The position numbers were made by a program, and so were the translations under genes. The notes below the pieces were generated by a model. The model saw only the letters and a list, made by a program, of their open reading frames with translations. It was not told where the DNA came from and searched no databases. Of a stretch of 64,000 bases of DNA, positions 51,251 to 60,930 are shown piece after piece. Origin of the DNA: Candidatus Fimenecus sp. (GTDB lineage Bacteria; Bacillota; Clostridia; Oscillospirales; Acutalibacteraceae); the NCBI GenBank assembly GCA_051881455.1, contig JBJEPX010000004.1:6591-70590 (forward strand). Reading direction: 5' to 3'. Within the stretch, counting starts at the first letter, position 1; the number at the start of each line of letters is the position of its first letter.

Positions 51251-52313
51251 ACTTCTTTCTCCTGTTTAAAACAAGCAAAATCCCGGGGATTACCGTAGCC
51301 GCCAAAGCCGTAGCAATAAGCTTTGCTATGGAATTGTCAACCACTGTAAATCTTTGCACGGAGCCTGCAATATAAAGGCAGATAACCGACGACAACGCGC
51401 TAAGCCCTGCTAAAATAGTCTTTTTGCTGAAATTATCAAACTCTTTATGCAGAATATCTGCTTGAAGGTAGAGTAAAAACGAAACTTTTAAAAAGGCACA
51501 CAGTATCCATATTCCCGTAATAAGTGGGTCAAGCCTGCCGAACATTGAAAATTGCGCCAAAGCCGCAAGCGAATGAACGGGAAAAAGCTGCGTATTAGCA
51601 AAATTGCCCATAACGCCTACCTCCACGAAGAAAAGCGACGCCGTAACCAATGCCTGCAAAAATATCCAGATAAAAAAGCTTTTCACCTTTTTCCCCGAGG
51701 CAACGGGGATTGCCAAAGTTATCATTACAAGCTCAACTGTTCTGCCTGCCGCGTTCAAAGCCGTTTTAAAAACGGGCAACGCACCGTTATAAAAAACAGG
51801 CGTATAGTTTAAAAAATCAATTTTACCTATAAGTGTGGCAATAATGAAAGCAATCGCCGCCGTTACGGGTATTACCGACAAAACGGCGCTTCTTCCCAGC
51901 GACTCAATGCCCAAATAAGCACCATAGCACCCGATGAGTATTACAAACACCAAAAAGTAATTTACATTTGCTTCGGGGAATACGATTGTGCCTGTAAACA
52001 AATCTAATCTTGAAACGGTTGTAACAGTAAAATAGAATAGTACGGCGCTGTAAAAAACAGCAAGGATTTTTCCTCCTTTTGCCCATCTGTTGCGCGCAAT
52101 ATCAATAATATTCATCTCGGGGTTTTTCCTGAAAAGGAAATATACGGGTATCATCATAATAATGCATATCAGATAACGGAGCACCGCCTGCACAACCAAA
52201 TCGGAAAGTTCAATATCTTTTGTATATGACGGAATATAGGTAAAGGTTGTCAGCAGTCTTGTAAGAAAAAGTAATGAAAAAAACTGAAAAGTGCTGATTT
52301 TAGATTTTGACAT
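51243..52313 (-). CDS. Spore germinant receptor B subunit (APC-type permease-like)
   Basis: Ten TM segments. It starts MSKSKISTFQFFSLLFLTRL, typical of GerAB/GerKB. Confidence 0.8.
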   Translation of the reverse strand: MSKSKISTFQFFSLLFLTRLLTTFTYIPSYTKDIELSDLVVQAVLRYLICIIMMIPVYFLFRKNPEMNIIDIARNRWAKGGKILAVFYSAVLFYFTVTTVSRLDLFTGTIVFPEANVNYFLVFVILIGCYGAYLGIESLGRSAVLSVIPVTAAIAFIIATLIGKIDFLNYTPVFYNGALPVFKTALNAAGRTVELVMITLAIPVASGKKVKSFFIWIFLQALVTASLFFVEVGVMGNFANTQLFPVHSLAALAQFSMFGRLDPLITGIWILCAFLKVSFLLYLQADILHKEFDNFSKKTILAGLSALSSVICLYIAGSVQRFTVVDNSIAKLIATALAATVIPGILLVLNRRKKYE

Positions 52314-52338
52314 ATTGATTCTCCGAAAAGCATTAAGA

Positions 52339-53844
52339 TTATTTCATTTTAGATATTTCCATTCGCCGTTTACCCATACTAAGCCAGCCTTCACGCATAA
52401 CGAGGTCGCGCCACGCACCGATTTTAGTGGGAGAAAGAGGCGACATAAACGGTGTGTTGTACGGACTTAACGCCGCCATATTTACAAGCACCGCCGCAAA
52501 GCCCAGCATTATTCCGTATATTCCCACCATTCCGCCGATTATAATAAAGGTAAAACGCATAACCGCCACAGGTTCATAAAGGCTTGAAACAACAAAGGAG
52601 CTGACAGCCGTAAGTCCCACAACTATAAGCATTGGTGCGGCAATAATTCCCGCCGTTACGGCAGATTCACCGATTACAAGCGCCCCCACAATGGAAACGG
52701 CGTGCCCTACTGCCTTTGGCATTCTCAGCCCCGCTTCACGGACAATTTCATATACTAAATGTATCAAAAGTGCCTCTGCCACTATGGGCAGGGGTGTTTT
52801 GCTTTCCTGGCTTGTTATTCCGAACACCATTGTTTCAGGTATCATTTCCTGATGGAAAGTACAAATTGCCACATACAAGCCCGGCAAAAACACGCTGAAC
52901 ATAAATGAGATAATTTTTAAGGTGCGGACAAAAGCCGCATAATACGGTCTTTTTAAATAATCGTCAAGAGAATGAAAATTTTCGATAAAAAGATGGGGAA
53001 CAATAAGCGCGTCGGGAGTGCCGTCAACAATTATACCCACTTTCCCTTCGCTGAGCTTTGCGGTAAACACATCGGGCCGCTCCGTTGTACCTACGCAAGT
53101 AAAAACAGAGGCTTTTTTATCGTCTAAAAACGGTTGAATAAATCCCGAGCCCGATACAATATCAAGCTGTGCATTTTTTATTCTTTCCACCACATCATCA
53201 AGGAGTTTACTGTCGGTTCGGTCGGACATATAACAAACGCAAACACGGGTTTTGCTTGTAGTGCCAACCTCCAAGGATTTAATCTTGAAAACAGGACTTC
53301 GCACACGGCGTCGCACCATTGCAATATTGTCCTTAAAGTTTTCAACAAAGCCCTCACGGGAGCCTCGCTCCTGATTTTCGGTGCCCGGCTCCTCGGGGTT
53401 TCTTTTTGCAAAACTCTGCACGCCGAAAAGTACAGCGAACTGCGCACCCTGCGCCATCAGAACAAGATTTCCCGAAAGCATTTCGGAAATTGCCGTGTCA
53501 ATATCCGAGGTTATTGATTTATCAATGCTTGCGGATACTCCGTCCGCCGCCTTATATACGATACCATCGCCCTTTGTATCGGAAAAATCCGTATTTATTA
53601 CGGGTAGCATTATCTGCTCGGTTATAAGGAGTTGATCGCACATTCCGTCAAGCATTACAAAAACAAAATCATGACCGCTGACGGTACAGTCACGGTATTT
53701 CACATCAAAAGACTCTCCTAACTGCTGTTTAAAATATGCTCTGTTTTTTTGCAAATCCGCCGATACTCTTACCTTTGACCTATTGCTTTTCTCATCCTGT
53801 ACGGTAATTTCTTCTATGCTTTTTTTGAACCACGAATTTTTCAT
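52339..53844 (-). CDS. Spore germinant receptor A subunit (GerA/GerKA family)
   Basis: The conserved core reads RSPVFKIKSLEVGTTSKTRVCVCYMSD...PLPIVAEALLIHLVYEIVREAGLRMP. The start is set at ATG 53844 (SD AGGTGA). Confidence 0.85.
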   Translation of the reverse strand: MKNSWFKKSIEEITVQDEKSNRSKVRVSADLQKNRAYFKQQLGESFDVKYRDCTVSGHDFVFVMLDGMCDQLLITEQIMLPVINTDFSDTKGDGIVYKAADGVSASIDKSITSDIDTAISEMLSGNLVLMAQGAQFAVLFGVQSFAKRNPEEPGTENQERGSREGFVENFKDNIAMVRRRVRSPVFKIKSLEVGTTSKTRVCVCYMSDRTDSKLLDDVVERIKNAQLDIVSGSGFIQPFLDDKKASVFTCVGTTERPDVFTAKLSEGKVGIIVDGTPDALIVPHLFIENFHSLDDYLKRPYYAAFVRTLKIISFMFSVFLPGLYVAICTFHQEMIPETMVFGITSQESKTPLPIVAEALLIHLVYEIVREAGLRMPKAVGHAVSIVGALVIGESAVTAGIIAAPMLIVVGLTAVSSFVVSSLYEPVAVMRFTFIIIGGMVGIYGIMLGFAAVLVNMAALSPYNTPFMSPLSPTKIGAWRDLVMREGWLSMGKRRMEISKMK

Positions 53845-53945
53845 ACTTATCACCTATTTAATATTTTCCCCGAACGGAAAGTAATATTCCGCGGCAAAAA
53901 GCAAAACATAAGTTTACACAAAACCGTGAAACAAGGAGAGTAGTT

Positions 53946-54620
53946 ATGTTTGTAACTCTTATCAGAACTGTAATTCTGTATTTATTCGTTATATCCACCG
54001 TCCGCATAATGGGAAAAAGGCAGATAGGCGAGCTTCAACCGACGGAGCTTGTTATTACCATTCTGCTTTCCGAAATCGTGGCAATTCCCATGCAGGATAA
54101 TGATATTCCCCTCTTAAGCGCCGTAATTCCCGTGATGGTACTTGTAGGCTTTGAAATACTCATTTCCGTAATAAGCCTTAAAAGCGTGAGGTTTCGCTCG
54201 GCAATGCAGGGCAATTCCATTATTGTTATCCGCGACGGTGTGCCGGACTTAAAAGAAATCAAAAAAATCCGATTTACGATTGACGATATTCTTGAAGCGC
54301 TCAGACAAAAAGATATTTTTGATATTTCAAAGGTGCAGTATGCCATAGTTGAAACAAACGGCTCAATAAGCGTCATGTTAAAACCTGAATTCAGCGAGGT
54401 AACAAAAAAAGACCTCCGCCTGAAAGCGGAGGACAACGGCATACCGTGCGCCGTGATTGTTGACGGAAGAATTATTGAAAGCAACTTTAAATACTGCAAT
54501 ATGACATTAAATAAGCTTAATGAGATAATCAAAAAAGACAATATAAAAATCAAAAATACTCTTTTGATGACTGTGGATAAAAAAGGCAATAAAACAGTTA
54601 TCGGAAAGGACGGAAAATGA
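53946..54620 (+). CDS. DUF421 (YetF-like) membrane protein
   Basis: The N-terminal TM region carries RIMGKRQIGELQPTELVITILLSE, and a C-terminal soluble domain follows. Confidence 0.75.
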   Translation: MFVTLIRTVILYLFVISTVRIMGKRQIGELQPTELVITILLSEIVAIPMQDNDIPLLSAVIPVMVLVGFEILISVISLKSVRFRSAMQGNSIIVIRDGVPDLKEIKKIRFTIDDILEALRQKDIFDISKVQYAIVETNGSISVMLKPEFSEVTKKDLRLKAEDNGIPCAVIVDGRIIESNFKYCNMTLNKLNEIIKKDNIKIKNTLLMTVDKKGNKTVIGKDGK

Positions 54621-54997
54621 AAAGAACCGTACTTGCAATAGGCGCGCTTTTACTGTCGGTTATAATCTGCTTCGCGGGGTTTATGATTTTAAAATCCACC
54701 TGCAATAAAATAACAGATGCGCTTGATAAGGTATCGCAAAGCGCCGCAGAAGAAAACCTTGACGAGGCAAAGAAAAGAACGCAGGAGGCGGTACAGCTTT
54801 GGGAGAATATTCACGGAAGAATTGAAGCGCTCACCAAGCACGCCGAAACGGACGAGCTTGAAGAAACAATAAAAAGCCTCACCGTATATGCCGAGCAGGG
54901 CAATATGGAAAGGCTTTATGAAAAATCAGAAATTGCTAAAAACCGACTTGAACATATCATCAAAAACGAACTGCCGTCATTCAGCAATATTTTTTAA
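54617..54997 (+). CDS. DUF4363-like small membrane-anchored protein
   Basis: 126 aa with an N-terminal TM and a helical remainder. An ATGA overlap joins it to the DUF421 gene, which I recall as the usual partner arrangement. Confidence 0.5.
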   Translation: MKRTVLAIGALLLSVIICFAGFMILKSTCNKITDALDKVSQSAAEENLDEAKKRTQEAVQLWENIHGRIEALTKHAETDELEETIKSLTVYAEQGNMERLYEKSEIAKNRLEHIIKNELPSFSNIF

Positions 54998-56284
54998 TAT
55001 TTTATCCGTATCGGAAAGGTTAATGCGCTTTGATACGATAAAGGTTTTCCTCTTTTGTCTTCCTTTATCCGTATTGTATGCGCCGTCCTGCTTTTCCTCG
55101 GCGGAAAAAATTCCGTAAGAGGAGGTTACAATAGTTCCGTCCTGCAAAACCACATTGCCGCAATAGCCTGTGTCTGCATTTGCAACGATTGAAGGCTTAT
55201 TCTGGCGGGGCAGATATGTATGGGCAATTTTTATGCGATATTGTCCGCTTGATGCGCCTTTTAAGTCATCATATGTACCAACCCATGCAACCCAGCCTTG
55301 GGAATACCAACTGCGCTCGCCGCCGAGCCGCCGCATTTTGCGAACCTCAGAGGGATTTCGCTCTATGGAACGGAAGGTGATAAACAGTCTGCCGTCCGGA
55401 GTATAATCCGCTTTGTGGCGCTCACCGTTAAGAGCAGAGGGAGCCTCAACGGGCTTTGACCAGGTTTTGCCCTCGTCCTTTGAAAACATAAGAAGGCTGT
55501 TGCAGGTTTTTTTATTGCAACGGGCAATAAGACAAATTTCGTCGCCCTCTCCGCCCTCTGAACGGATAGCCTCTACCTCACAAATACCCGCGTACGTTTC
55601 AATATCACGGTATTCGGTAAGATAAGGCTCGGGCTTTGACCAATTATAGTCGCCGTTTTCGTCGAAAGTGAGTATCGTTTTATAATTTATAAACTTACTG
55701 TCGTGAAAAAGGCCCATCCATTTATCCACAAACTCGCCGTTTTCTTTAAGCCTTGTAAGGGACGCCATGGAAACGATGGGTATTACGGGAAAATCACTGT
55801 TTTTATCCCAGAACAGTTTAAATTCCGTCCAGGTTTTGCCCTCGTCCTCTGAAATAGAGCAGTTAAATCCGCCGGGAGTAGGCATATTCACCCATTTGGG
55901 ATTACCTGAAATAAGAATAAGCTTTTCCTTGCCGTTTTTAAACTGCAAGCGGTAAACCGTTGGAGTTTCAAGGGACTTTTCCCAGGAGCGGGGCGGATTT
56001 TCTATTGTTTCGGTATATGTTTTGCCGCCGTCACAACTGATTTTTGAAATAATTCTGCCCTTGCCGTGCCCCTCGGGGAAAAATGTAAGGATTCTGCCGT
56101 CACGCAGAAGCACGGAATCGGGATGCCCTAAATATCCGCTTGACGCGTCAACAACGGAATAATCATACAAATACTCCGTACCCTCAATCATTTTACCGGG
56201 CTTCTCCGCAAGGTTTATCAAAGGAATATTACAACGCTCTGCTTTTTTCGGAAAAGGTCTCTTCTTAAACAGCATCTTATTCAC
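54977..56284 (-). CDS. BNR/Asp-box repeat, sialidase-like (GH33-like) protein, cytoplasmic
   Basis: Asp-boxes SCDGGKTY, SEDEGKTW and SKDEGKTW are present. There is no signal peptide and no clear FRIP motif. It is the last gene of the nanE-ROK operon. Confidence 0.65.
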   Translation of the reverse strand: MNKMLFKKRPFPKKAERCNIPLINLAEKPGKMIEGTEYLYDYSVVDASSGYLGHPDSVLLRDGRILTFFPEGHGKGRIISKISCDGGKTYTETIENPPRSWEKSLETPTVYRLQFKNGKEKLILISGNPKWVNMPTPGGFNCSISEDEGKTWTEFKLFWDKNSDFPVIPIVSMASLTRLKENGEFVDKWMGLFHDSKFINYKTILTFDENGDYNWSKPEPYLTEYRDIETYAGICEVEAIRSEGGEGDEICLIARCNKKTCNSLLMFSKDEGKTWSKPVEAPSALNGERHKADYTPDGRLFITFRSIERNPSEVRKMRRLGGERSWYSQGWVAWVGTYDDLKGASSGQYRIKIAHTYLPRQNKPSIVANADTGYCGNVVLQDGTIVTSSYGIFSAEEKQDGAYNTDKGRQKRKTFIVSKRINLSDTDKILKNIAE

Positions 56285-57173
56285 CCTTTAACAGTCTGCT
56301 CGCCAGATAAGCGGCGCCCAACATTCCCGCCTTGTTGCGAAGCTTTGCTTTTTCAATGCGTACACACTTATAGTTATCGTCCAATCTGCTGTAAAGCTTT
56401 TCTCTGATGTGGCCCACAAGCAAATCCTCTGACATAATTCCACCGCCCAGAATAATCAAAGACGGGTTAAAGATATTGCAAAGAGAAACGAGTCCGTTAA
56501 CAATTTCATTCTCCCAATTATCAAGCTCTTCAATAATCACGGGATTTTTAAGATTTTCTTCTTTGAAAATCTCTCTGCCGGACATATATCTGTCAAAACG
56601 CTCCGAAACGATATTTGTAAAGGCACGGCATGAAGCGTAAGCCTCATAACAACCCTTTCTTCCGCAGGTGCAGTCTCTGCCGCCTGCATGAGTAACAATG
56701 TGACCAAACTCACCTGCCGCACAGTTCGCGCCTCTGAAAACATCGCCGTTCCAGAAAATACAACCGCCCACGCCCGTGCCGTAGGTAAGGCAAAGAAAAT
56801 TATCCTCACCCACGCCTGCGCCGAAATGAGCCTCGCCTAAGCCTGCGCAGTTAACATCGTTATCCACCGCAACAGGCACACCGTATTTCTTTTGGAAGGT
56901 GCCTTTAAGGTCAGAACCCTTATAGTTGGGTATATTGCCTGTTCCGTCAACTACAATACCCTTTTCAAAATCCACCTGACCTGCGGTGCTTATGCCGATT
57001 GCGTCAAACTGACCTGCGTATTCATCCATCTTCATTTCAAGGGATTTCATAACACCGTTGCCGCCGTAAAAGGCGTTGGTGGGCATTTCTTCTGAAAACA
57101 GTACATTAAAGTTTTCATCTACCATTCCGTATTTAATTGCTGTTCCGCCAACATCAAAAACCATTATTTTCAT
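56277..57173 (-). CDS. ROK-family sugar kinase (probable N-acetylmannosamine kinase)
   Basis: ATP site DVGGTAIKYG and ROK zinc motif GHIVTHAGGRDCTCGRKGCYEAY. It starts 2 nt after nanE. Confidence 0.8.
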   Translation of the reverse strand: MKIMVFDVGGTAIKYGMVDENFNVLFSEEMPTNAFYGGNGVMKSLEMKMDEYAGQFDAIGISTAGQVDFEKGIVVDGTGNIPNYKGSDLKGTFQKKYGVPVAVDNDVNCAGLGEAHFGAGVGEDNFLCLTYGTGVGGCIFWNGDVFRGANCAAGEFGHIVTHAGGRDCTCGRKGCYEAYASCRAFTNIVSERFDRYMSGREIFKEENLKNPVIIEELDNWENEIVNGLVSLCNIFNPSLIILGGGIMSEDLLVGHIREKLYSRLDDNYKCVRIEKAKLRNKAGMLGAAYLASRLLKGE

Positions 57174-57175
57174 CG

Positions 57176-57865
57176 TTATACCTCTGTCACCCTTGCAAAT
57201 TTTTTTGTTATATCCCTAGGCCTTGTAATCGCCGTTCCCACAACTGCCGCATGAACGCCGATATTCAACGCCGTTTTTAACTGTTCGGGAGTCCAAATGC
57301 CTCCCTCCGCAATTACGGGGCAATCAAGCTCCGCTACATATCTTTCCATAAGCTCAAAATCGGGAAGGCTTCTGCCCTTTGTATAGGGTGTGTAGCCGCT
57401 CATGGTTGTGCCGATTATATCAAAGCCGATTTCTTTCGCCTTTTTGCCCTCCTCAAAGCAGGAGGTATCCGCCATAAAAAGCTGTTCCGGATATTTCTTT
57501 CTCACCTTTTGGAAGAAGTCCTCAAGCGTTTGCCCGCCCGGACGGAGTCTGTCGGTAGCGTCAATTGCGATAATATCCACTCCGCAGTTATACAGCGCGT
57601 CAACCTCTTTTTCGGTGGGAGTTATATAAACCTCACTGTCGGGATAAACCTGCTTTATAATGCCGATAATGGGAAGCTTTACGGTCTTTTTAATTTCCGT
57701 AATATCCTCCACCGTATTTGCTCTTATTCCCCCTGCGCCGCCCTCAAAAGCCGCGTATGCCATTCGCGACATAATGTAGGAACTGTGAAGCGGCTCATCC
57801 TCCAAGGCCTGACACGACACTATCAGTTTGCCTTTGATTGCTTCAAGAATTTGCGTCTTATTCAA
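57176..57865 (-). CDS. nanE: N-acetylmannosamine-6-phosphate 2-epimerase
   Basis: [36 protein letters not shown]. Confidence 0.9.
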   Translation of the reverse strand: MNKTQILEAIKGKLIVSCQALEDEPLHSSYIMSRMAYAAFEGGAGGIRANTVEDITEIKKTVKLPIIGIIKQVYPDSEVYITPTEKEVDALYNCGVDIIAIDATDRLRPGGQTLEDFFQKVRKKYPEQLFMADTSCFEEGKKAKEIGFDIIGTTMSGYTPYTKGRSLPDFELMERYVAELDCPVIAEGGIWTPEQLKTALNIGVHAAVVGTAITRPRDITKKFARVTEV

Positions 57866-58035
57866 CTTTTCACTTCCCGAAAGGACAATTTAAATAGTAT
57901 TATAATATACTTTTTGAAAATTTACAATTGTTTATTAAAAAAAATTGAAAAATTATTGAAATGTTACAATCATAGTGATAGAATTTTATTACTTTAATAA
58001 AAAACACGGTTGTATCCGTGAAACGGGGGAAAAAT

Positions 58036-58947
58036 ATGAAATTCAACACAGAAAAATACAGGGGCGTTTTTGTAGCTCTCAACGCTCTATATGACGAAAA
58101 CGACAATATAAATACAGCGGCTGTTAAAGCGCTTGTGAAAAAATACAAGGAAATCGGTGTTAACGGAATTTATGCCTGCGGCTCAACAGGCGAAGGCTTT
58201 TTGCTCAACACCGAGGAGCGCAAGCAGGTTGCGGAATGTGTAAAAGAAGCAGCGGGCGACGATATGGTGCTCATTGTGCATGTGGGTTCTGCCTCAACAA
58301 AGGAGTCTATCGAGCTTGCACGCCACGCGGAGAAAATCGGAGCGGACGCAATTTCCGCAGTTCCCAGCGTATATTACAGGCTTCCCGAGGAATCCATTGC
58401 CCTGCATTGGAACACAATAACAGAAGCCGTTGATATGCCGTTTATTATTTACAATATTCCCCAGCTCACAGGCTATGACCTTTCATACTCTCTTTTTAAA
58501 AAGATGATTAAAAACGAAAAGGTTATCGGTATTAAGAATTCCTCTGACAGCACTTGTCAGATTGAGCGTTTTTCACAGCTCGGCGGTAAGGATTTCGTTG
58601 TGTTCAACGGTCCCGACGAGCAGTTCCTTGCAGGCCGTCTTATGGGCGCAAAAGCGGGAATAGGCGGCACCTACGGCACAATGCCCGAGCTTTTTCTCCA
58701 CCTTAATTCCCTCATTGAAAAGGGTGATATTGAAGGCGCTAAAATCTGGCAGAACAGAATTAACGAATGTATTTTTGACCTGCTCAGCTGTCCTTCTCTT
58801 TACGGAGCCAGCAAGGCGGTAATTACAAGGCGTTTCGGAATTGACGCGGGCAAGCCCAGACTTCCGTTTTTGCCCCTTGACGCAGACGACGAAAGAGCCG
58901 CGGCAATTGCCGATAAAATAAACGGATATGTTGCTATGATTAAATAA
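58036..58947 (+). CDS. nanA: N-acetylneuraminate lyase (DHDPS/NAL family)
   Basis: GIYACGSTGEGFLL, the Schiff-base region GIKNSSDS, and YNIPQLTG. The start is ATG 58036 after GGGGGA. Confidence 0.85.
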   Translation: MKFNTEKYRGVFVALNALYDENDNINTAAVKALVKKYKEIGVNGIYACGSTGEGFLLNTEERKQVAECVKEAAGDDMVLIVHVGSASTKESIELARHAEKIGADAISAVPSVYYRLPEESIALHWNTITEAVDMPFIIYNIPQLTGYDLSYSLFKKMIKNEKVIGIKNSSDSTCQIERFSQLGGKDFVVFNGPDEQFLAGRLMGAKAGIGGTYGTMPELFLHLNSLIEKGDIEGAKIWQNRINECIFDLLSCPSLYGASKAVITRRFGIDAGKPRLPFLPLDADDERAAAIADKINGYVAMIK

Positions 58948-58963
58948 AAGCTCTGAAAATGTG

Positions 58964-58995
58964 CCTGCCCTGACGAAAATCGGGGCAGGTTTTTG
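58964..58995 (+). terminator. nanA terminator
   Basis: CCTGCCC-tgacgaaaatcg-GGGCAGG followed by TTTTT. Confidence 0.7.
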
Positions 58996-59130
58996 TATAA
59001 ATTGTGAATTTTTGAAAATGGACTTGTATATTTTTCAAAAATAGTATAAAATGTATCTGTTAATGTAAAAAAGTGTGTCTGTTTTCGGTACTTTTTTATC
59101 ATAAAAAAGATGGTAAAGGTGGTTTTTCCG

Positions 59131-60858
59131 ATGGAAAACAACAACAATAAATCTCAGGCAGAGATTTACCGTGAAGAGCGCAAGGCGAGACTTGCAAAAG
59201 AGGCTGCAAAAAAAGCCAAAAAGTCTCCCAAGCTTTCAAAAACTAAAAAGATTGCAGGCAGGGTTATTGCAATTGTTCTTGCAGTTGTACTTGTGTTCGG
59301 CGCAGTGGGCGGAATCCTCAATTTCTTCGGTGCGCCTCAAAAGGTTATTAAGGTTAAAGCAGGTGACAATAAGGAATACTCTTTTACTCTTGCCGAGTTT
59401 AATTACTACTATTTCTTAACATGGTCGAATTATCAGCAGACCGCCGTACAATATGAAAACTACGGCTCAGGCATGGGCCTTCAGTTTTTGGGATATGATT
59501 ATTCCAAATCACCCGATAAACAATCATATACCGATGACCACAGCTCTGTTACAGGCGTTACGGTCGCTGACCTCGGAGTTACAAATCCCACATGGGCTGA
59601 CGCCTTTACATATGCTGCCGTAAGCCAGATTATCCAAATTAAGTACGGCGCGTTAAAAGCAGCAGAAGCAGGCATCACCGTTACCGAAGATGAACAGGCG
59701 GAAATTGATTCCGCAATTGAATCAGCCCGTAAAACTGCCTCCGAAAACGATTATTCGCTTGACCGTTTCCTCCGTGCAACTTACGGAAACGGCGTTTCGG
59801 AGAAGGTTGTACGCCAGGTTTACACAGAATCTTATCTTGCAACTTCATATTTTGATAAGCTTCAGGAGGATACGGAAAATGCCGTAACCGACGCGCAGGT
59901 TGAAGAAAAATACAATGCAAACAAGGACAACTACGACCTCGCAAGCATCAGACTTTATGAATTCACAACAGAAGTTCCCGAAGCCGCGGAAGGTGCAACC
60001 GAAGAGGAGAAAACAGCCGCCGCTGAAAAGGCCTATGCAGAAACAAAAGCAAAGGCTGACGCATTCCTTGCCGCTGTCAGCGATTCCGCAAGCTTTGTTG
60101 CGCAGGCAAACGTTACAATTAAATCAGCCGATTCAAGCAGTAAACTTGATGCTGACGAAACAACAGATTTTTCAGATATAACTTATGCTACTCTTGACGC
60201 AAAGGGTGAAGCCCTTGCCAAATGGGTATATGATGACGCAAGAGTTGCAGGCGACAAGGCTGTAATTGATTTGGGCAGCGGTACATATGATGTGGTACTT
60301 GTTACAGCGGCGCCTCATAAAGATATGAGTGTAAGCACAAACGATGTAAGACATATCCTTGTAAAGTTCCCCCAAGATGAAAGCGGAAATACACAGGAGC
60401 TTACCGACACACAAAAAGCGGAATACAAAGCAAAGGCACAGGCAATTCTTGACGAATACAAAAAAGATGCCACAGAGGATAATTTTGCGGCTCTCGCTAC
60501 TGAAAAATCCGAGGATACCGGTTCAGCTTCAAACGGCGGTCTTATCGAGGGTATTACTAAGAGCAGTAATTATGTTACCAATTTCCTCAATTGGTCAACC
60601 GACGCTTCAAGAAAGCCCGGCGATACAGATATAATCGAAACTGAATACGGTTATCATGTTATGTATTATGTGAAGGCCGAAGGCGTTACATGGTATGAAA
60701 CAGTTAAAGAAGAGATTGTAAGCGAGATTTATTCAAACGTTTTTGAAAATCTGATTGATACGCAAATGTCAAAAATAAACTTGAATTCCCCCATTATCAA
60801 GTGGGCTGTAAACAGCGAAATCAAGCTCATTAAAAATCGTATCGCAATGAATTACTGA
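59131..60858 (+). CDS. Membrane-anchored PrsA/SurA-like parvulin peptidyl-prolyl isomerase
   Basis: A Lys-rich N-terminus and a TM segment (VIAIVLAVVLVFGAVGGIL) are followed by a parvulin core (VRHILVKF...SNGGLIEGI...TEYGYHVMYY). Confidence 0.8.
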   Translation: MENNNNKSQAEIYREERKARLAKEAAKKAKKSPKLSKTKKIAGRVIAIVLAVVLVFGAVGGILNFFGAPQKVIKVKAGDNKEYSFTLAEFNYYYFLTWSNYQQTAVQYENYGSGMGLQFLGYDYSKSPDKQSYTDDHSSVTGVTVADLGVTNPTWADAFTYAAVSQIIQIKYGALKAAEAGITVTEDEQAEIDSAIESARKTASENDYSLDRFLRATYGNGVSEKVVRQVYTESYLATSYFDKLQEDTENAVTDAQVEEKYNANKDNYDLASIRLYEFTTEVPEAAEGATEEEKTAAAEKAYAETKAKADAFLAAVSDSASFVAQANVTIKSADSSSKLDADETTDFSDITYATLDAKGEALAKWVYDDARVAGDKAVIDLGSGTYDVVLVTAAPHKDMSVSTNDVRHILVKFPQDESGNTQELTDTQKAEYKAKAQAILDEYKKDATEDNFAALATEKSEDTGSASNGGLIEGITKSSNYVTNFLNWSTDASRKPGDTDIIETEYGYHVMYYVKAEGVTWYETVKEEIVSEIYSNVFENLIDTQMSKINLNSPIIKWAVNSEIKLIKNRIAMNY

Positions 60859-60878
60859 TATTGATAAATATTCATAGC

Positions 60879-60914
60879 AAAACAGCACTGTTCAAAATGA
60901 ACAGTGCTGTTTTT
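60879..60914. terminator. Bidirectional terminator
   Basis: AAAACAGCACTGTTC-aaaat-GAACAGTGCTGTTTT. Confidence 0.8.
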
Positions 60915-60930
60915 CATTTTATTTGCAATT

